Source of the DNA: Mobula hypostoma
Lineage: Eukaryota
Assembly: GCF_963921235.1 (NCBI RefSeq)
Contig: NC_086109.1
Location: 8,806,001 to 8,870,000 of the forward strand
Reading direction: 5' to 3'
DNA: 64,000 nt
Shown here: positions 36,187-50,982 of the stretch, in pieces
Layout of the letters: each line of letters begins with the position of its first letter
How positions within the stretch are numbered: position 1 is the stretch's first letter
Translations under genes and position numbers: made by a program
The notes under the pieces: generated by a model
What the model saw: the letters and a program-made list of their open reading frames with translations, nothing else
What the model was told of the DNA's origin: nothing
The model's database searches: none

Positions 36187-37545
36187 GTGAGTCCGCATGG
36201 AGGAGGAGGCTGAGGGGCATAGACAGACTGGACAAGCCGGCACCTTTTTAACCCCACGGTGCCAGTGGCTAATACCAGAGGACAATTGCTGACACCTTTT
36301 AAGCAGAGCAGAAGGGAGGTGTAGAGGGGATGTCGGAGTTAAGTGTCTTACACCGCGAGTGGGAAATGCAAGGAAAACACTGCTGAGGGTGGCAGTAGAG
36401 AGGCAGGTACATTCGGGACACTAACGAGACTCATAGAGGGCACGTGGATGAAAGAAAAAATGGAGGGCTAGGAGGCGTATATGAGAAAAGAGCTAGATTG
36501 TTTGTGGAGTGGGTGAAACATCGGCTGAAGGCTCTGCAATGTGTGGTATTATGTTTTGCTAAATTCACCTCAAATTCACTCCCCTCTGCCGTGGTCGCAG
36601 AGTATCCACCGGCCAGACTCATTGCACTTAATAAACCGGGCACTTCCCAAATCTAGGGAGACGCAAGGGACTGCGGATGCTGGAATCTGGAGTCAAGCAC
36701 CATCGTCTGGGGGAGCCCAGTGAGTCGGGTGGCATTTATTTGTTTATTTCTTACATCCAAGGGAGTAAAAATCTTTTTGTTGTGTCTCCGTTGCAGTGTA
36801 CAAGGAATAAGGAAGGGGAACATGGGAGGATATTGCCCGAACACTGGTTGCATACATAATTGTTTTGTATACATGCATGTACAGTCAAATACACAATCAG
36901 ATCAATGTGTATTGATAAATCTGATGGCCTGGTGGAAGAAGCTGTCCCGGAGCCCGTTGGTCCTGGACTTAATGCTGTGGTTCCATTTAGCGGATGGAAG
37001 CAGCTGAAACAGTTTGTGGTTGGGATGGCTGGACTCTCTCATGATCCTCCAGGCCCTTTTTTACGCACCTGCTGCTGTAAATGTCCTGAATAGAGGAAAG
37101 TTCACATCTACAGCTGTCGGCGCCACTCTCTGCTGTGCCCTGCCATCGAGGGTAGTAAGGTTCCTGTGCCGGGCAGTGACAGGATGCTCTCGATGGTGCC
37201 CCTGTAGGAAGCCCTGAGGATCTGGGGACTCGCACCAAACATCTTCAGCCATCTGAGGAGAAAGGGGCGCTGTTGTGCTTTTCCACCACATAGCCGGTAT
37301 GTACAGTGCAGGTGTGATCCTCAGCGATGTGTATACCAAGGAACTTGAAACTATTCACCCTCTCAACTACAACCCCATTGATGTTAATAGGGGCTATCCT
37401 GCAATCCACGGTCAACTCCTTTTCGTGCATGCTGGTCTACGGGAGTCAAAAAAGAAATGTTTCCAAGTCAAACCCTTGCTTTGGGACTTTCAGACAGCAA
37501 CCAAGAAGATCAGGGGCTCAGGCAAATGGGGCTGCCCTTCTAGTT

Positions 37546-37864
37546 CAGTGTTCCCTCGAAGGTGCACACAGCACACATCTTTTGCTGCTAGCGCACACGG
37601 GAATTTAAACTGCACACACAAAAGGTGCCACCCTCTCACTCGTTGGCACGTTAAGTATATTTCACAATGGCACACAATCACATTTCCTTTTCGGTTTCTG
37701 ATGCAGACACAGTGTTGACGGCGTGGAGTTTGTGATAATCTGTCTGGTTTGTTTATACTGTTTTTATTGGAGGAATTATTCGGTGCACGCATGTCGTCGT
37801 CGCTGGGCAAAATAAAATTGCACGGCACAAGATTTTTGCACACCAGTTAGAGGGAGGAACATTA
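37546..37864. mobile_element. hAT-type MITE (second family)
   Basis: TIR CAGTGTTCCCTC...GAGGGAGGAACATTA; 8-bp TSD TTCTAGTT (37538-37545) / TTCCAGTT (37865-37872). Confidence 0.7.
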
Positions 37865-39075
37865 TTCCAGTTTTTCTCTGGAGTTGCAAACCACGCGGAC
37901 TCAGTAATGCATTGCTGTTGCTTCACCCTTGCTGGGTCCAAATCCTGGAGAGACTTCCCTGACCGCATTGAAGGAGTCCATCGCCAGCAGGCAGCTCACC
38001 TGCACCTCTGAAGGGCTTTCAGCGAGGGGCAATAAATGCCGAGCTGGTCCCTGTCAAACCTGTAATCCCGCAGAGAGTGGGGTACCAGCAAGGTGCTGTG
38101 AAAGAGCATCGTCTGCTCCTTGTAAGGTCATAGGTCAGAGCAGAATTAGGCCATTCGGCCCATTGAGCTTGCTCCACCATTCCATCATGGCTGATTTATT
38201 ATCCCCCTCACCCCCATTCTCCTGACTTCCCTCCGTAACCTTTGACACCCTAACTAAGCAAGAATCTATCAACCTCTGCCTTAAATATGTCTGCTAGCTT
38301 GGCCTCCGCAGCCGTCTCCAGCTGAAGAAATTCCTCCTCATGTCTGTTCCAGAGAAACGGCCTTGTATTCTGAGGCTGTGCCTTTGGTCCTAGACTTGCC
38401 CCATTACAGGAAAATTCCTCTCCACGTCCACTCTGTCTAGGCCTTTCAGTAGTAATAGATTTCAATGAGATCCCTCCTCATCCTTCTCAACTGCACAGGC
38501 CCAGGACCATCGAGCATTCCTCATACGTTAACCCTTTCATTCCCAGGATTATTTTCGTGAGCCTCCTCCAGACCCTCTCCAATGTCAGCACATTCTTTTT
38601 TTTTAAGGTAAGGGGCCCAGACCTGCTCTCAATACTCCACAAGTGCAGTCTGGCCAATGCCTTAGAAAGAACCGGTCACGCCGAGAGCAGGTTCTCAAAC
38701 TCTGTGCAGCCGCCTCAGTGGAACTGCAGGCAGCTATCCAAGCCCACTGTGCAGTCAGGCGGGTTGTACAGGTATTTTGGACAAGGTTGGTCAATGGGCC
38801 TGAGTAGTGTTTTTCTTTTTGACAGCAGTGCTGTGAATTGCACAACGCACAGTGATCATGACTCATCTCAGGAGCTTCAGCCCAACTGCTGTATGCCTGA
38901 CCGTAACCACCGAGAGGTTCTTTAGATTGCTGTGTCAAAGAAGCTCGTGCCCGTCAGCACTCTCGGAATATATAATCCGTGGCTGCTCCTGCTGACAATG
39001 ATTATTTTGCCGGTTGCTAAACAGGATTGGGAAATGCCCGATGTTACAGTAATTAGAAAAGGTGTATGGCTTTTA

Positions 39076-39699
39076 GATTAGATTATGAAGACATGCAGTC
39101 CTCTTTTATTGTCATTTAGTAATGCATGCATTAAGAAATGATACAATATTTCCTCCGGTGTGATATCACAGAACACAGGACAGACCAAGACTGAAAAAAA
39201 CTGACAAAACCACATAATTTTAACATATAGTTACAACAGTGCAACAATACCATAACCTGATGAAGAAGTCCATGAGCACAGTAAAAGTTCAAAGTTTCTC
39301 AAATGTCCCACATCTCACGCAGACGGGAGAAGGAAGAAAAACTCTCCCTGCCATGCTGACCACAATCCAACTCTGAGTCGTCCGAAAACTTTGAGCTCTG
39401 ATCAGCTCTCCGACACCGAGTACTGAGCGCCATCTCTGTCCGAACGATTCGACCTCCTTCTCGGTCCCCAACAGCAGGCAAAGCCGGGGATTTTGAGGCC
39501 TACCCTCGGAAAGATTCCCGACCACACAGTAACGACAGCAGCGAATGGGTGTTTCAGAAATTTTTCCAGATGTTCCTCTGTGCTTTCACGTCCCTCTCCA
39601 TCAAATCAGAATTGTCCACGGCCCCTATGTAAAGGATACGATATCATTTTTTACCGGAGGGCTGCGCACGCGCAGCGCGCTGCACTCTCTCCTCCCGCC
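39076..39699 (-). mobile_element. Unclassified CpG-rich non-autonomous retroelement
   Basis: GC-rich 5' end GGCGGGAGGAGAGAGTGCAGCGCG, AATAAA and (ATCTA)n tail on the minus strand. Confidence 0.45.
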
Positions 39700-42600
39700 T
39701 AATCGCACTTGTTACCGAGATCCAAGATTGATAAACGTAATGCCGGGGGGGGGGTGGGGATGTGCTCAGCGGGTTAGGCAGCATCTCTAGAAAAGAGTAA
39801 ACAGTCAACATTTCGGGCTGAGTCCCTCCTTCGGGACTGAGAGGGAATGGGGCGAGATGCCTGAATTAAAAGTTGGGGGGTGGGGGGAGAGGCTAGCTGG
39901 AAGGTGACGGGTGAAGCCAGGTGGGTGGAAAAAGTGGAAGGGTTGGACATGAGAGGAGAGTGGACAATAGAAAGGGGAGGAGGAAGTAGTAGGCAGGTGA
40001 GAAGAAGTAAAAGGCCTGGGGGGTGGGGGGGTTATTATTGTTTCACCGGGAGCAGACGTCAGTAGTCACACCATCAGGTTGGAGGCTATCCAGATGGAAT
40101 ATGAGGTGTTGCTCCTTCACCCTGAGGATGGCCTTGGCAGGAGGACGCCATGGTTCGATATTCTGGAAGGGGAACAGGAAAGATTCAAGACTGGACGTTC
40201 TTCACTACACGAGTGTAAAGGAGAACAGAATGATTGTTACTCCAGATCCGGTGCAGCATAAAAACACACAAGCATGAACACAGTTTAAAAACACTCATGT
40301 GTACAGAAAAGCAATTCTATAAAACACGTGCAATTAACTGATATACATGGACTGATTGTACCATATGAGCATGTGACACCAGGGAGTGTACAGATGCTGG
40401 AAATAGAAACATAGAAAATCTACAGCACAATACAGGCCCTTCGGCCCTCAGTGCTGTGTCGAACATCCAGTGTAACACGTACCAGGGTCCTGATGAAAGG
40501 TCTCAGCCTGAAAAGTTGACTGTTTTCATTTCTGTAGATGCTGCCTGACCCGAGTTCCTCCAGTATTTTGCGTGTGTTACATAAAGTGACTGTAGGCGAT
40601 GTGTATGTTGTGGCGGGAGGGTGAATGGGCGAAGGTGTTGATCAGCCTGATGGCTTGTGGGAAAGTAGCTGTTTTTGAGTCTGGTGGTCCTGTTGTGGAT
40701 GATATGTAGCCTCCTCCTCGATGGGAGTAGGACACTCAGTCTGAGTTGGGGCTGAGGAGTGATTCTTCCTGATACAGCCAGCCGTTCTCCATTTTTCTGT
40801 ATCTACGTCCTTGATGGCAGCTAGGCTGGCGCGGGTGACACGTTGGGCCATTTGTACACGGAAACGTGCAGCGAAATGTGTCGTTTGCATGAACAGCCAA
40901 TGGGCCCAAGGAGGTGCCGGGGGCAGCCCGCAAGTGTCGCCACACGTTCCAGCGCCTCCACGCTGCTCGGCAGAACACAAGCAACAAAAACAAGCCTGTT
41001 TCTCCCGCATGCACACACCGTCCTCCGGCCCCAAAATTAGTCTGTGTTCTTCAGCCTACAGCAGGCTCTTGATTCGGACGCGCAGACTTTGGGCCTTCGA
41101 CCACCACAGAGATCTGCAGACCCAGTGCTCTGGCCTGGGGGGGGGGGCCCTCGACTGTCCATCTTCCAATTCTTCCAGTTCCATAGCACGAAAGCCAGCC
41201 TCCCCTCTATAGGCGCTGTTTACACTGACCACTGCCTCAGCAAAGCAGTCAACATAGACCCCACCCACTGTGGTCATTCTCACTTCTCTCCCACCCCAAC
41301 CGTAAGATAAATGCAATCAGAAATAAAAGCTTATTTTAGTATATAGTTTTATCAAAGTGACTATCATGCTGCTAAACCGCGGTGATCAAGGCTTTGCCAT
41401 TTGGTTCAAGAACTGAGCAGTTGGCAGGAAGTAGCTGTTCTTGAACCCGATTGTGTGAGACTTCAGGCTGCTGTACCTCCAGCCTGGTTTAATTATTTAT
41501 TTATTTTGAGATGCAGTACAGAAATAGGCCCATCTGGCCCCTTGAGCCAGGCTGCCCAACTGTCCCAACGCAACTCTAACCTGATCAGCGGAGAATTTAC
41601 AATGACCAATTAACCTACTAACCAGTGTATCTTTGGACTGTGGGAGGAAACCGGAGCACCCGGAGGAAACCCACACATTGCAAGGGAAGGCTGTACAGAC
41701 TCCTTACGGGGTTCACCGGGATCGAACTACGAACTCCACCCCAAGCTGTAATAACGTCATGCTAGCTGCTGCCGTACCGCGGTGCCTGATTAAAGCAGTG
41801 AAAAGATGCGCGGCCTGGACGGTGAGAATCGTTGAATGCGGCACCTTCTGTCGATAGTACCAGTGGGGGCAGAGAGATGGGCCCTGACACGTTGGCGAAC
41901 GTCATACCAGACCACAACATCAGTGCCGTTGGCAGTTGGCTTATTGGTGTTACATTCAGAGTGTTGCCAGACTGTCCTGACTTGGTGGGTGGGTGCGAAG
42001 CTGCCACCCGAACCGGAAATGGAGGGGAGGCATCAGTTCCCATGGTAACCACCCAGAAGGAGTTCAAAGCATCTGGGCCTAGCTCACACAGCACAGGAAT
42101 AGGCCCTTTCACCCAACGTCCATACTGACGAAGTTGTCTACCTGAGCCAGTCCAATTTGCCTGCATTTTGCCCCTATCCTTTTCTATCAAAGTACCTTCC
42201 AAATGTCTTAAAGTGATTGAACCTACCCATGGCAGCTCGTTCTATATACCCATCACCATTTTTTCCCTCTCACCTTAATCCTGTACACCCTCTATTTTAG
42301 ACTCCCCCCATCCTGGGAAAGTGATGACCATCCAGCCTACCTGTACCCTTTGTGAGTTTATAAGGTCTTCATTTAAATGCCTTTTCCCCCAACCCCACTG
42401 AGACTGAACCTGGCACCATTATCCCTCCTGGGATCTTGCTTAACCAGAGACACCTGCTAACTGGAAGCTTGAACATCCCAACACTGGTGGTGCCTTCCAC
42501 TGCCCAGGCTTGGTGGTGCGTGCCCACTCACCCCTGTTGCTAGACCAGGAGACACCACGTCCAATACCATGACAACTGCTCCCTGCTTTAAAGTCAATTT

Positions 42601-42727
42601 GAATGCATTTTGCACAAGTCTGTGTGTGTACAAATGCATGGAAAAACTTACTTGCAGCAGAATCACAGGCATAGAGCATCAGAAACAATATTTACAAGAA
42701 AATCATAAATTCGTCAGAATCGGGTTT

Positions 42728-43027
42728 AATAAGGCATCCGTTAGTCTTGCAAGACCATGGATCTGCGCCTGGAAAGTCTTCACTCTCCAGGGCACAGGCC
42801 TGGGCAAGGTTGTATGGAAGACCGGCAGTTGCCCATGCTGCAAGTCTCCCCTCGATGTTGTCCAAGGGAAGGGCACTAGGGCCGATACAGCTTGGCACCA
42901 GTGTCGTTGCAGAGCAATGTGTGGTTAAGTGCCTTGCTTAAGGACACAACACGCTGCCTTGTCTGGGGCTCGAACTCACGACCTTCAGGTCGCTAGTCGA
43001 ATGCCTTAACCACTTGGCCACCTGCCC
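42728..43027 (-). mobile_element. tRNA-derived SINE; other tRNA-headed SINEs at ~9000-9265, 22324-22550, 28838-29075, 32690-32960, 41490-41785, 43099-43355, 48954-49085
   Basis: Head GGGCAGGTGGCCAAGTGGTTAAGGC...GTGAGTTCGAGCCCC (Pol III A/B boxes) followed by GTGTCCTTAAGCAAGGCACTTAACC core. Confidence 0.75.
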
Positions 43028-46000
43028 ACTAGGGTTAATATCACCAGCATATATCATGAAATTTGTTGTATTGCAAAACTGAGTAATAAAACTTGGTTGG
43101 CACGGTAGTGTAGCTGTTAGTGTTAACACTATTATTAACTATTACAGTGCCAGCAACTTGGGTTCAATTCCCACCACTGCCTGCAAGGAGTTTGTATATT
43201 CTCTCCTTGACTACGTGGGTTTCCTCCGAGTGCTCTGGTTTCCTCCCACATTCCAAAGAAGTACAGGTTAGGAGGTTACTTGGTCACGTGGGTCTAATTG
43301 GCGTGGGCTCATTGGGTTGGAAGGATCTGTTACTGTGCTGTATCTCTTAAATAAAGAGAGAGTTGAAAGCTGTTGACCCTCTCCATCACCGATTTCCCAA
43401 TATGGTGCACTTCCATGGTCCCTTCCTCTTCCTGAAATTGGTAATCAGCTCTTCAGTTTTGCCTGTGTTCAGGTGGAATTTAAGTGAGGGCTCATGCGAG
43501 TTGGGGGGCCAAGTGCGTGGGTGTCGATTGTCCTATTGGGGACTTGTTCCCGATTGTGGTCAGTGCTGTGAGTGCTTACTGTCAGCGCACATCCGCTATT
43601 ATTTACGCTCAGCGGCCGCTTGGTTAGGTACACCTGTGCACCTGCCCATTAATATCTAATCAACCAATCATGTGGCAGCATCTCAACGCTTAAAAGCTTG
43701 CTGACATGGTCAAGAGGTTCAGTTGCTGTTCAAACCAGACAGAGTGGGAAAGAAATATAATCAAAGTGACCTCTGACCGTAGGATGATTGTCGGCACCAG
43801 ATGAGGTGGTTTGAGTATCTCAGAAACTGCTGATCTCCTGGGATGTTCACGCACAGCGGAGAATGGTGCGAAAAAGACAAGAAAATTATCCAGTGAACGG
43901 CAGTTCTGTGGTGAGGACGCCTTGTTAACGAGAGGTCAGAGGAGAATGGCCTGACTGGTTCAAGCTGACAGTAACTCAAATAACCACGCATCACACAACA
44001 GTGGCGTGCAGAGGATCACCTCCGAACACACCACACGTTGAACCTCGCCGATGGACTACGTCGGCAGGAGACCGTGGACGTACACTCAGGAGGTACCAAA
44101 TAAAGTGATCACTGAGGGTATATTCTGTAAACCTCTGAAGATCGTTTAATTGTCTATCTCTTCTGTCTCTGTTCTTAATTTGAATTTAAAAAACAGCAGT
44201 GGACGTTAGGAGGGGAGGGGGTGGAATTGGAAAGCAGTAACACAGGCTATTTGAGAGTATAGTTTCCTGTATCTCCTTTGATCGTGGTAATTGGAACCAA
44301 TTATAATGCAGCAACCCCCCGAAGGCTCTTGTTCTGCTATTCATCCTGAAGGAGAAAGATCGGGATGGGTTTACCTCGAGAGTATTGTTCTTGCTCTTTC
44401 ATCTCTCTCTCCGTCGAGCACTCAATACCACTCAAGCCGTGCTGTTACCTGCGCTGCGGCGAGCTGAAAGTTTCTGTTCTCTTCACCCCCCCCCTTTCAG
44501 AAAGTTGTTCTCTTTTGGCTTCTCAGCTGCTTCCCTCCTGGACAGCTGTTGAAGATTAGGAGAGAAAGCTTTCTCTCTTTGAGGGATGTGCCCGGGCATT
44601 GTGAAGCCAAGAACCTGAAGCAAATGGTGCACAATGGATGGCAGTGGGTGAATGAAATCTGGCTCCGTCTAAAGTTACGGGACGCGGACAAAACCAGCCA
44701 CTTAGATGTTTGTGTGTGCTGGCTCGTGGGGCAGTCTGCTTGAAAAGGGAACAGATGGAAGGTTGCGTTCTTAGTGATATCTGGTGGTAAAGATCAGCTT
44801 TTTTTTAAACTTTTCGCATTCTTTCTCTCCCCCTCCAGCACGAAAGTCACAGATTTTTCTAAAAACATGACTATTAGGATGTCAGTACTGAACACAGATC
44901 TTGAGGGTGTGAATATGTTCTCTGTTGAGAGTTCCTTTCTTCACTCCCCCCCCCCCGCAACACCATTTCAGTTATTAAGTTTTTTTTCACACCAAGGTAA
45001 ATTTCCTGTGGTGGATCTTTACTGCGTTTTATAGGAGCACCACCGAGACTGTCCTGACAAGTTGCATCTCCATCTGGAATGATAGCAGTCGAGCATTGGG
45101 CTGGTGGTCCCTCGACAGGACTGTGAGAATGGCTGAGAGGATCGTAGGGGTCTCGGGGACATTTATCAGGAGCGCTGCGCACGCAGGACCCTTGATATTA
45201 TCGAGAATCCATCCATTCAGCGTCCTCTGACCTTCCACCATCAGGCAAGAGACTCATGCATAAAGACAAGAATGGTCAGGATGGGAAGCAAACACGAGGA
45301 AATCTGCAGATGCTGGAAATTCAAGCAACACGCATAAAAAAAAGTTGCTGGTGAACGCAGCGGGCCAGGCAGCATCTATAGGAAGAGGCACAGTCAACAC
45401 TTCGGGCCGAGACCCTTCGTCAGAAGTAGGATGGGAAACAGTTGCTTCCCTCAGGCCTTTAGGCTTCTGAACTCCCTCTCTTTGTATTCGAAGCGTCACC
45501 AGTTAATCTATCTGTATCTTACAATAGTTAATTTATGCACTTTATTTGTGTAATCCATCTGTAGATTTCATCCTTACTTTCATAAGTTATGTGTATTCTG
45601 TGTACTACAGTGCTTTATACCCTGGTTCGGAGAAACGTCTCATTTGACAGTATACATGTATATCGTTAAATGACAACAGACTTCAACAGTGCTGACTGAA
45701 ACAGTATCCTCTGTGTCACTGCCCCCATTGATAAATGGGGCAGGTTCAGTTAAGAGATGAAGTGTGCTCTCGTAAAGTAGTGAGGGGCTTGATGAAGCTG
45801 GCCCTTTAATGCCAGTAGCAAGGAGTTTCAGTTTAGGTGTTGGCTTGAAGTAGTGAATTGGTTCGATTGTATAACATTTCAGCTGGATAGGTGCTGTCAC
45901 TTGTATTTCCACCGTGCAGGAGGTGAGAATTCTTAGTAATGACGTAGTGGAGGTTCTATTTTGAGTTTACCACTTCCTCTGCCGTGCAGTTTGAACCTTG

Positions 46001-49000
46001 AACCATTTATTTCAAATTCCTGGTAAGAATAGATAGCCTTCTCTTTTAAGTTGTCTTACCAATGAGGTAAAGCCTCTTGATTGTCGCATTATGTGATAGT
46101 GTAGTACTCCAGCCTAAAAATATACTGGCAACGTTCTTTAATTCTGCTTTCACTTTTTTCCCCTCATGCCATGTCCCTAATCTACCAAATAAGACCATAA
46201 GATACAGGAGCAGAATTAGGCCATTTGGCCCATCGAGTTTGCTCCGCCACTTCATCATGGCTGATCCAATTTTCCTCTCGGCCCCAGTCTCCTCCCAGAG
46301 CAGCTTTCCACGAAAGGCTTCAGCGTCACAATTGTATTGTGGTACTACTGCATTGCAAAAAGGCTCGGGTCCACAGCCGTGTTGCCTTTCTTAGATTGAC
46401 TGTGCACGTCCACAAGAAAACAAATCTCGTTGTATAGGGTGACGTATAAGTACTTAAAAGATGAGTCATCCCAGGTTGGAAACGTTTGAAGAGAACATAG
46501 ATGATAGGAGTATGGTAGGCTATGGTCCCTGTGCAGGTTGATGGGAATAGGCAGTTTAAATGGTCTGGCACATACTAGATGGGCCGAAGGGCCTGTTTCT
46601 GTGCTCTACTTTTCTATGATTCTATATGTCAGGAAGTTTGTGGTTCTAGCGACTCACCCACTCACCTTCCTTTCCACTCACCTGATCTCACCTATCACCT
46701 GCCAAGCTTCCACCGCCACCACACACACACACACGCTCTCTCTCTCTCTCTCTCCCACCTTCTCATTCTGGTTTCCTCTTCCTTTCCAGTCCTGATGAGA
46801 GTCTCGGCCTGAAAGGTCAACTCTTTTCTCCTTTCAGTAGATGGTGCCTGACCCCGCTGAGGTTCTCCAGCATTCTGCGTGAGTGTGCTGTTCTGGATTT
46901 CCAGCACCCGCAGAATCTCTTGCTGTTGGATGTACCGACAACTGTTGGGAGTGCGATTTGATTCCCATCCCAGGGTAGGACGAGTTGTCCCCGCCTCTCC
47001 CACAGAGCTGGAGGCTGACGCTTAGTCCGAGAACTTCTGGCAAACCAGTTGGAAAATTCAGGTCAGCGGCATCATCAGGAAATAAGCAATTCCAGATCTG
47101 ACCTGTGCAGAATAAGTCAGAGTATGGAGGTTTTTTGACTGGCTGTGACAAAAGAATAATAATGATAACAACAATAAGAAGGTTGTTTCTGCCTTTTTCT
47201 AGCTTCTTCACCCTTCACTTTCAGTCCTGATAAAGGGTCTCGGCCCAAAAGTAGACTGTTTATTCCCCTCGCTAGCTACAGCCTGACCTGCTGAGTTCCT
47301 CCTGTATTTTGTGTATGCTACTTTGGTCTTCCAATCGCAGAATCTATTGTGTTTATGAAGTTGCTAAACTACATCTCTTCCCCCCCCCCCCCCCCCGCTC
47401 CCAGGACATGGATGTTGCTGGTCCCCAGATAAAGGGATCTTGATCCAATATGTCAGCCTATTTCTCACCACGGATGCTGCCTGACCCACTGTGTAGTTTG
47501 TTGCTCCAGGTTCAAGTGCCTCCTGGCTCTTGTATCTCCAACATTAATGGTCCTGAGCAACAGTGGGTGTCAGGAGTTAACCCTAATGATGGTTCTTGCA
47601 TTGCATATAGACCAGACCAGACCAAATATAGCCGGCTTCCTTCACTGACGGTCATTCATTCACCAGTTCTGAGCAAGGGTCCCCGACCTGAAACATCAAC
47701 TGGTTTCTCTTTCCATAGCTGCTGCATGTCTGGCTAAGTTCTTGAGTGTTTCTGTATTTGTAAACTAGATGCGTCTGTGCCTCATTTCAGTAGTTTCTGT
47801 ATTATGGTTGCTGTCTTTTTTTAAATCGCAGATTTATTTAATGGTTTGAATTTAAATTCCCCAGGTTTTGAACTCGCCATGCTCTTGCTGCGGCCCAGTC
47901 TACTTTTCCTGTCACTGCACTTGAACAAGGTCACAGGAAATTCTCCAAGGGAGACTGAAGTTGTAGGGAGCACTCACTATGCCACTCAAAAGTTCCTTAT
48001 CGAGTCAAAGAACACTACAGTCAGAAACAGGCCCTGCACTCTCCATACCCCTCCCATCCATGTACCTTTCCAAACTTCTCTTAAATATTGAAATTGAACC
48101 TGCATCCTCCATGTCGTCTGGCAGCTTGTTCCATTTTCTCACCACCCTTTAACTAAAGAAGCACCTCCTCAGTTTCCCCTTAATTATTTCATCTTTCACC
48201 CTTAACCTCTGACCTCTAGTTCTTGTCTTGCCCAACTTTCCTGCTTGCATGAAATTTAAGGGATCATTTTAATTAAAATAATCCTTCATTTAATTTTGCA
48301 GCGTGCTAATTATCGCGCTTGTCCCTGTGTGGTGCCCAAAACTGCAGTCAGCCAAACACACACCTCCTGTTGGGAAGGTGTTCAATCGGAAAGTTGTGCT
48401 TTCTACAAAGGAGTTTGCTGTTTTCTTTGCATTGTTGGTATTGAGAGCTGTAACAGTTTATATAACAGTATAGCACTTTTGCCAACCTTTTAACCTACTC
48501 CAAAATTAATGTAACCAACGTTCCTTCTGAGCTGTGTGCTTGTGCGTGCGCAGACATCTTATGCTACTAGCGCGCAAAGGAATTTGACCTGCGCTCGAAA
48601 GGCTCTACCTTGTTGGCGTATTAGATATACTTCATGATCGTACACCATCACGTTTCCTTTTCCGATTTCTAATGCAGTGTTGGCAATGTGGAGTTAGCGA
48701 TGATTTGTCTGCAGATGTTAGAACTGGTTTATTTATATTGTTTTAAATTGAAGGAATTATTGATTCATTATATCAAGTTCCAAAGAAGCAAAGGGTGTGA
48801 AATGCTTTTAATTGTCCCTAATGTATCATCAGCTCTCTATTTATGTATCATCTTTGACAGGCACGTGGGTGATAGGAAAATTGGGGCCTATGTGGGAAGG
48901 AAGGAATAGATTGATCTTAGAGTAGATTAAAGGGTCGATATTGTGCTGACTACGGCTGGATGGTGGTATAGTGGTATCAGCACCGGACTTCAAGGCAGAT

Positions 49001-50280
49001 CGTCCTGAGTTCAAACCCAGCCGGGTCCCAACCTGGGCAGCAGCAGTATCTGCGCAGAAGAAAGGCCTGGCAGTCTTCTATGGTTCATGAGGTCCATGAG
49101 ACCGAGGGGCTGGTACAGTGCTGTGGTGTATCAGCCTCTACTGGGGTACATTCCATGCAACCACCACTCTCTAATTTAAAAAAAACTTGCCTCTGACATC
49201 CAATACTTTCCTCCAGTCTTCTTAAAATCAGAGCTCCTTGTATTAGCCATTTCCGCACTGAGAAAGTGTTGCTGGTAGTCTGTCTGTGCCTCTTATCGTG
49301 TACTCTCTCTCTCAAAGAGAAAAGCCCTAGCTTGCTCAACCTAAGATATGCTCTCTAATCAATTTCCGTCCTGGTAAATCTCCTCTGCACCCTCTCCAAA
49401 GATTGCATATTCTTCCTATAATGAGGTGACCGGAACTGAACACGAGTTCCTACGGATTTGACAGCCGGGCTGAAGTTTACTGGTGCGTTCTTCCTCCAGA
49501 AACTGGAAAGGCCATTTAGCCCATTTGAGTCTAGGCTGGCTCGCAGGGTAACCCCTGTTTCCCACTAATTGTTCTACGCAACACAGTCCCCTCCTCTCTT
49601 ACCCCCCCCCCACGTTCTCATCAGCTCTCACCAGATTCTGACACATGTCCACAACTGGGGGCAATTTACCACGACAAAGTAACCCACCACGCGGCACGTC
49701 TCTGGGATGTGGTAGGAAACTGGAAGTGCACGCGGCGTCGGGAAAACGTCAGGCAGCGCGGAGGTCAGGCTTGCAAATCGACGCAGGGAGGTTGGTCCCG
49801 ATTGAGGATCTCGCCAGCTGGTTGTCTGTGTCGTAGGTGCCGCCCGACCTGCTGGGTTCCTCCAGCATTTTGTGTGTGTGTGCGCGCGCCGCGCAGGAAG
49901 GTCAGTGTGGGTTCGGTTTCACAAGCTCTGCAAGTCCCGCGGTAGGGGTGTCAGCTAGATCTTTGTGCTGGGCTTGAAGCTGAAATCTGCTTGGCAAGTG
50001 AGTGCGGGAGCCATTTGTAATGGGCTTACTTGTCCAAGGTGGAGATGGGAACTCTGGATTGGAAGGACCCTTTCCACAGGTTTTAAGGAAGGACGTGCAG
50101 CTGTGATTTTTGTGATGGGTGGGATTTTAGTCACAAGGAAGAGATACAAAAATGACTCGCGGATGTTCCCTGGACTGGAAGGCTTGTGTTGTATGGAGAT
50201 GCTGGGTAGACTGTAACTGCTTCCCCTGGAACAAAGAAGGGGTGACCTTGCAAAGGGTTTAAAAAGTCATGAAGTGTATA

Positions 50281-50982
50281 CAGTGGCATGCAAAAGTTTG
50301 GGCACCCCTGGTCAAAGTTTCTGTTACTGTGAATACCTAAGCAAGTAAAATATGAACTGATTTCCAAAAGGTATAAAGTTAAAGATGACACATTTCATTA
50401 ATATTTTAAGCAAGAAAACTTTTTTTTATTTCCAAGAAGTTCTAATCAAAAGGTTCAAAGGAACGTCTAAACAAGCCTGATGTATTTTGGAAACAAGTCC
50501 TGTGGACTGATGAAGTTAAAATAGAATTTTTTGGCCACAGTGAGCAAAGGTATATTTGGAGAAAAATGGGTGTAGAATTTCATGAAAAGAACCCCTCTCC
50601 AACTGTTAAGCACGAGGGTGGATCGATCATGCTTTGGGCTTGTGTTGCAGCCAGTGGCACTGGGAACATTTACTGGTAGAGGGAAGAGTGAATTCAATTA
50701 AATACCAGCAAATTCTGGAAGCAAACATCACACCGTCTATTAAAAAAACGGAAGATGAAAAGAGGATGGCTTCTACAACAGGATAATCCTAAACACACCT
50801 CAAAATCCGCAGTGGACTACCTCAAGAGTCACATTCCCCTGACCTAAACATCATCGAGAATCTGTGCATAGACCTCAAAAGAGCAGTGCATGCAAGATGG
50901 CCCAAGAACCTCACAGAACTAGAAGCCTTTTGCAAGGAAGAATGGGTGAAAATCCCCCAAACAAGAATTGAACGACTCTTAG
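50281..50982 (+). mobile_element. Tc1 transposon remnant (left TIR + decayed DDE transposase)
   Basis: TA|CAGTGGCATGCAAAAGTTTGGGCACCCC; peptides FWKQVLWTDEVKIEFFG, TVKHEGGSIMLWAC, PDLNIIENL..LKRAVHARWPKNLTELEAFCKEEW. Confidence 0.9.

Noticed and set aside
42960..43027. tRNA gene (also 48954-49030)
   Set aside because: A/B boxes present but no intact cloverleaf, and SINE body follows
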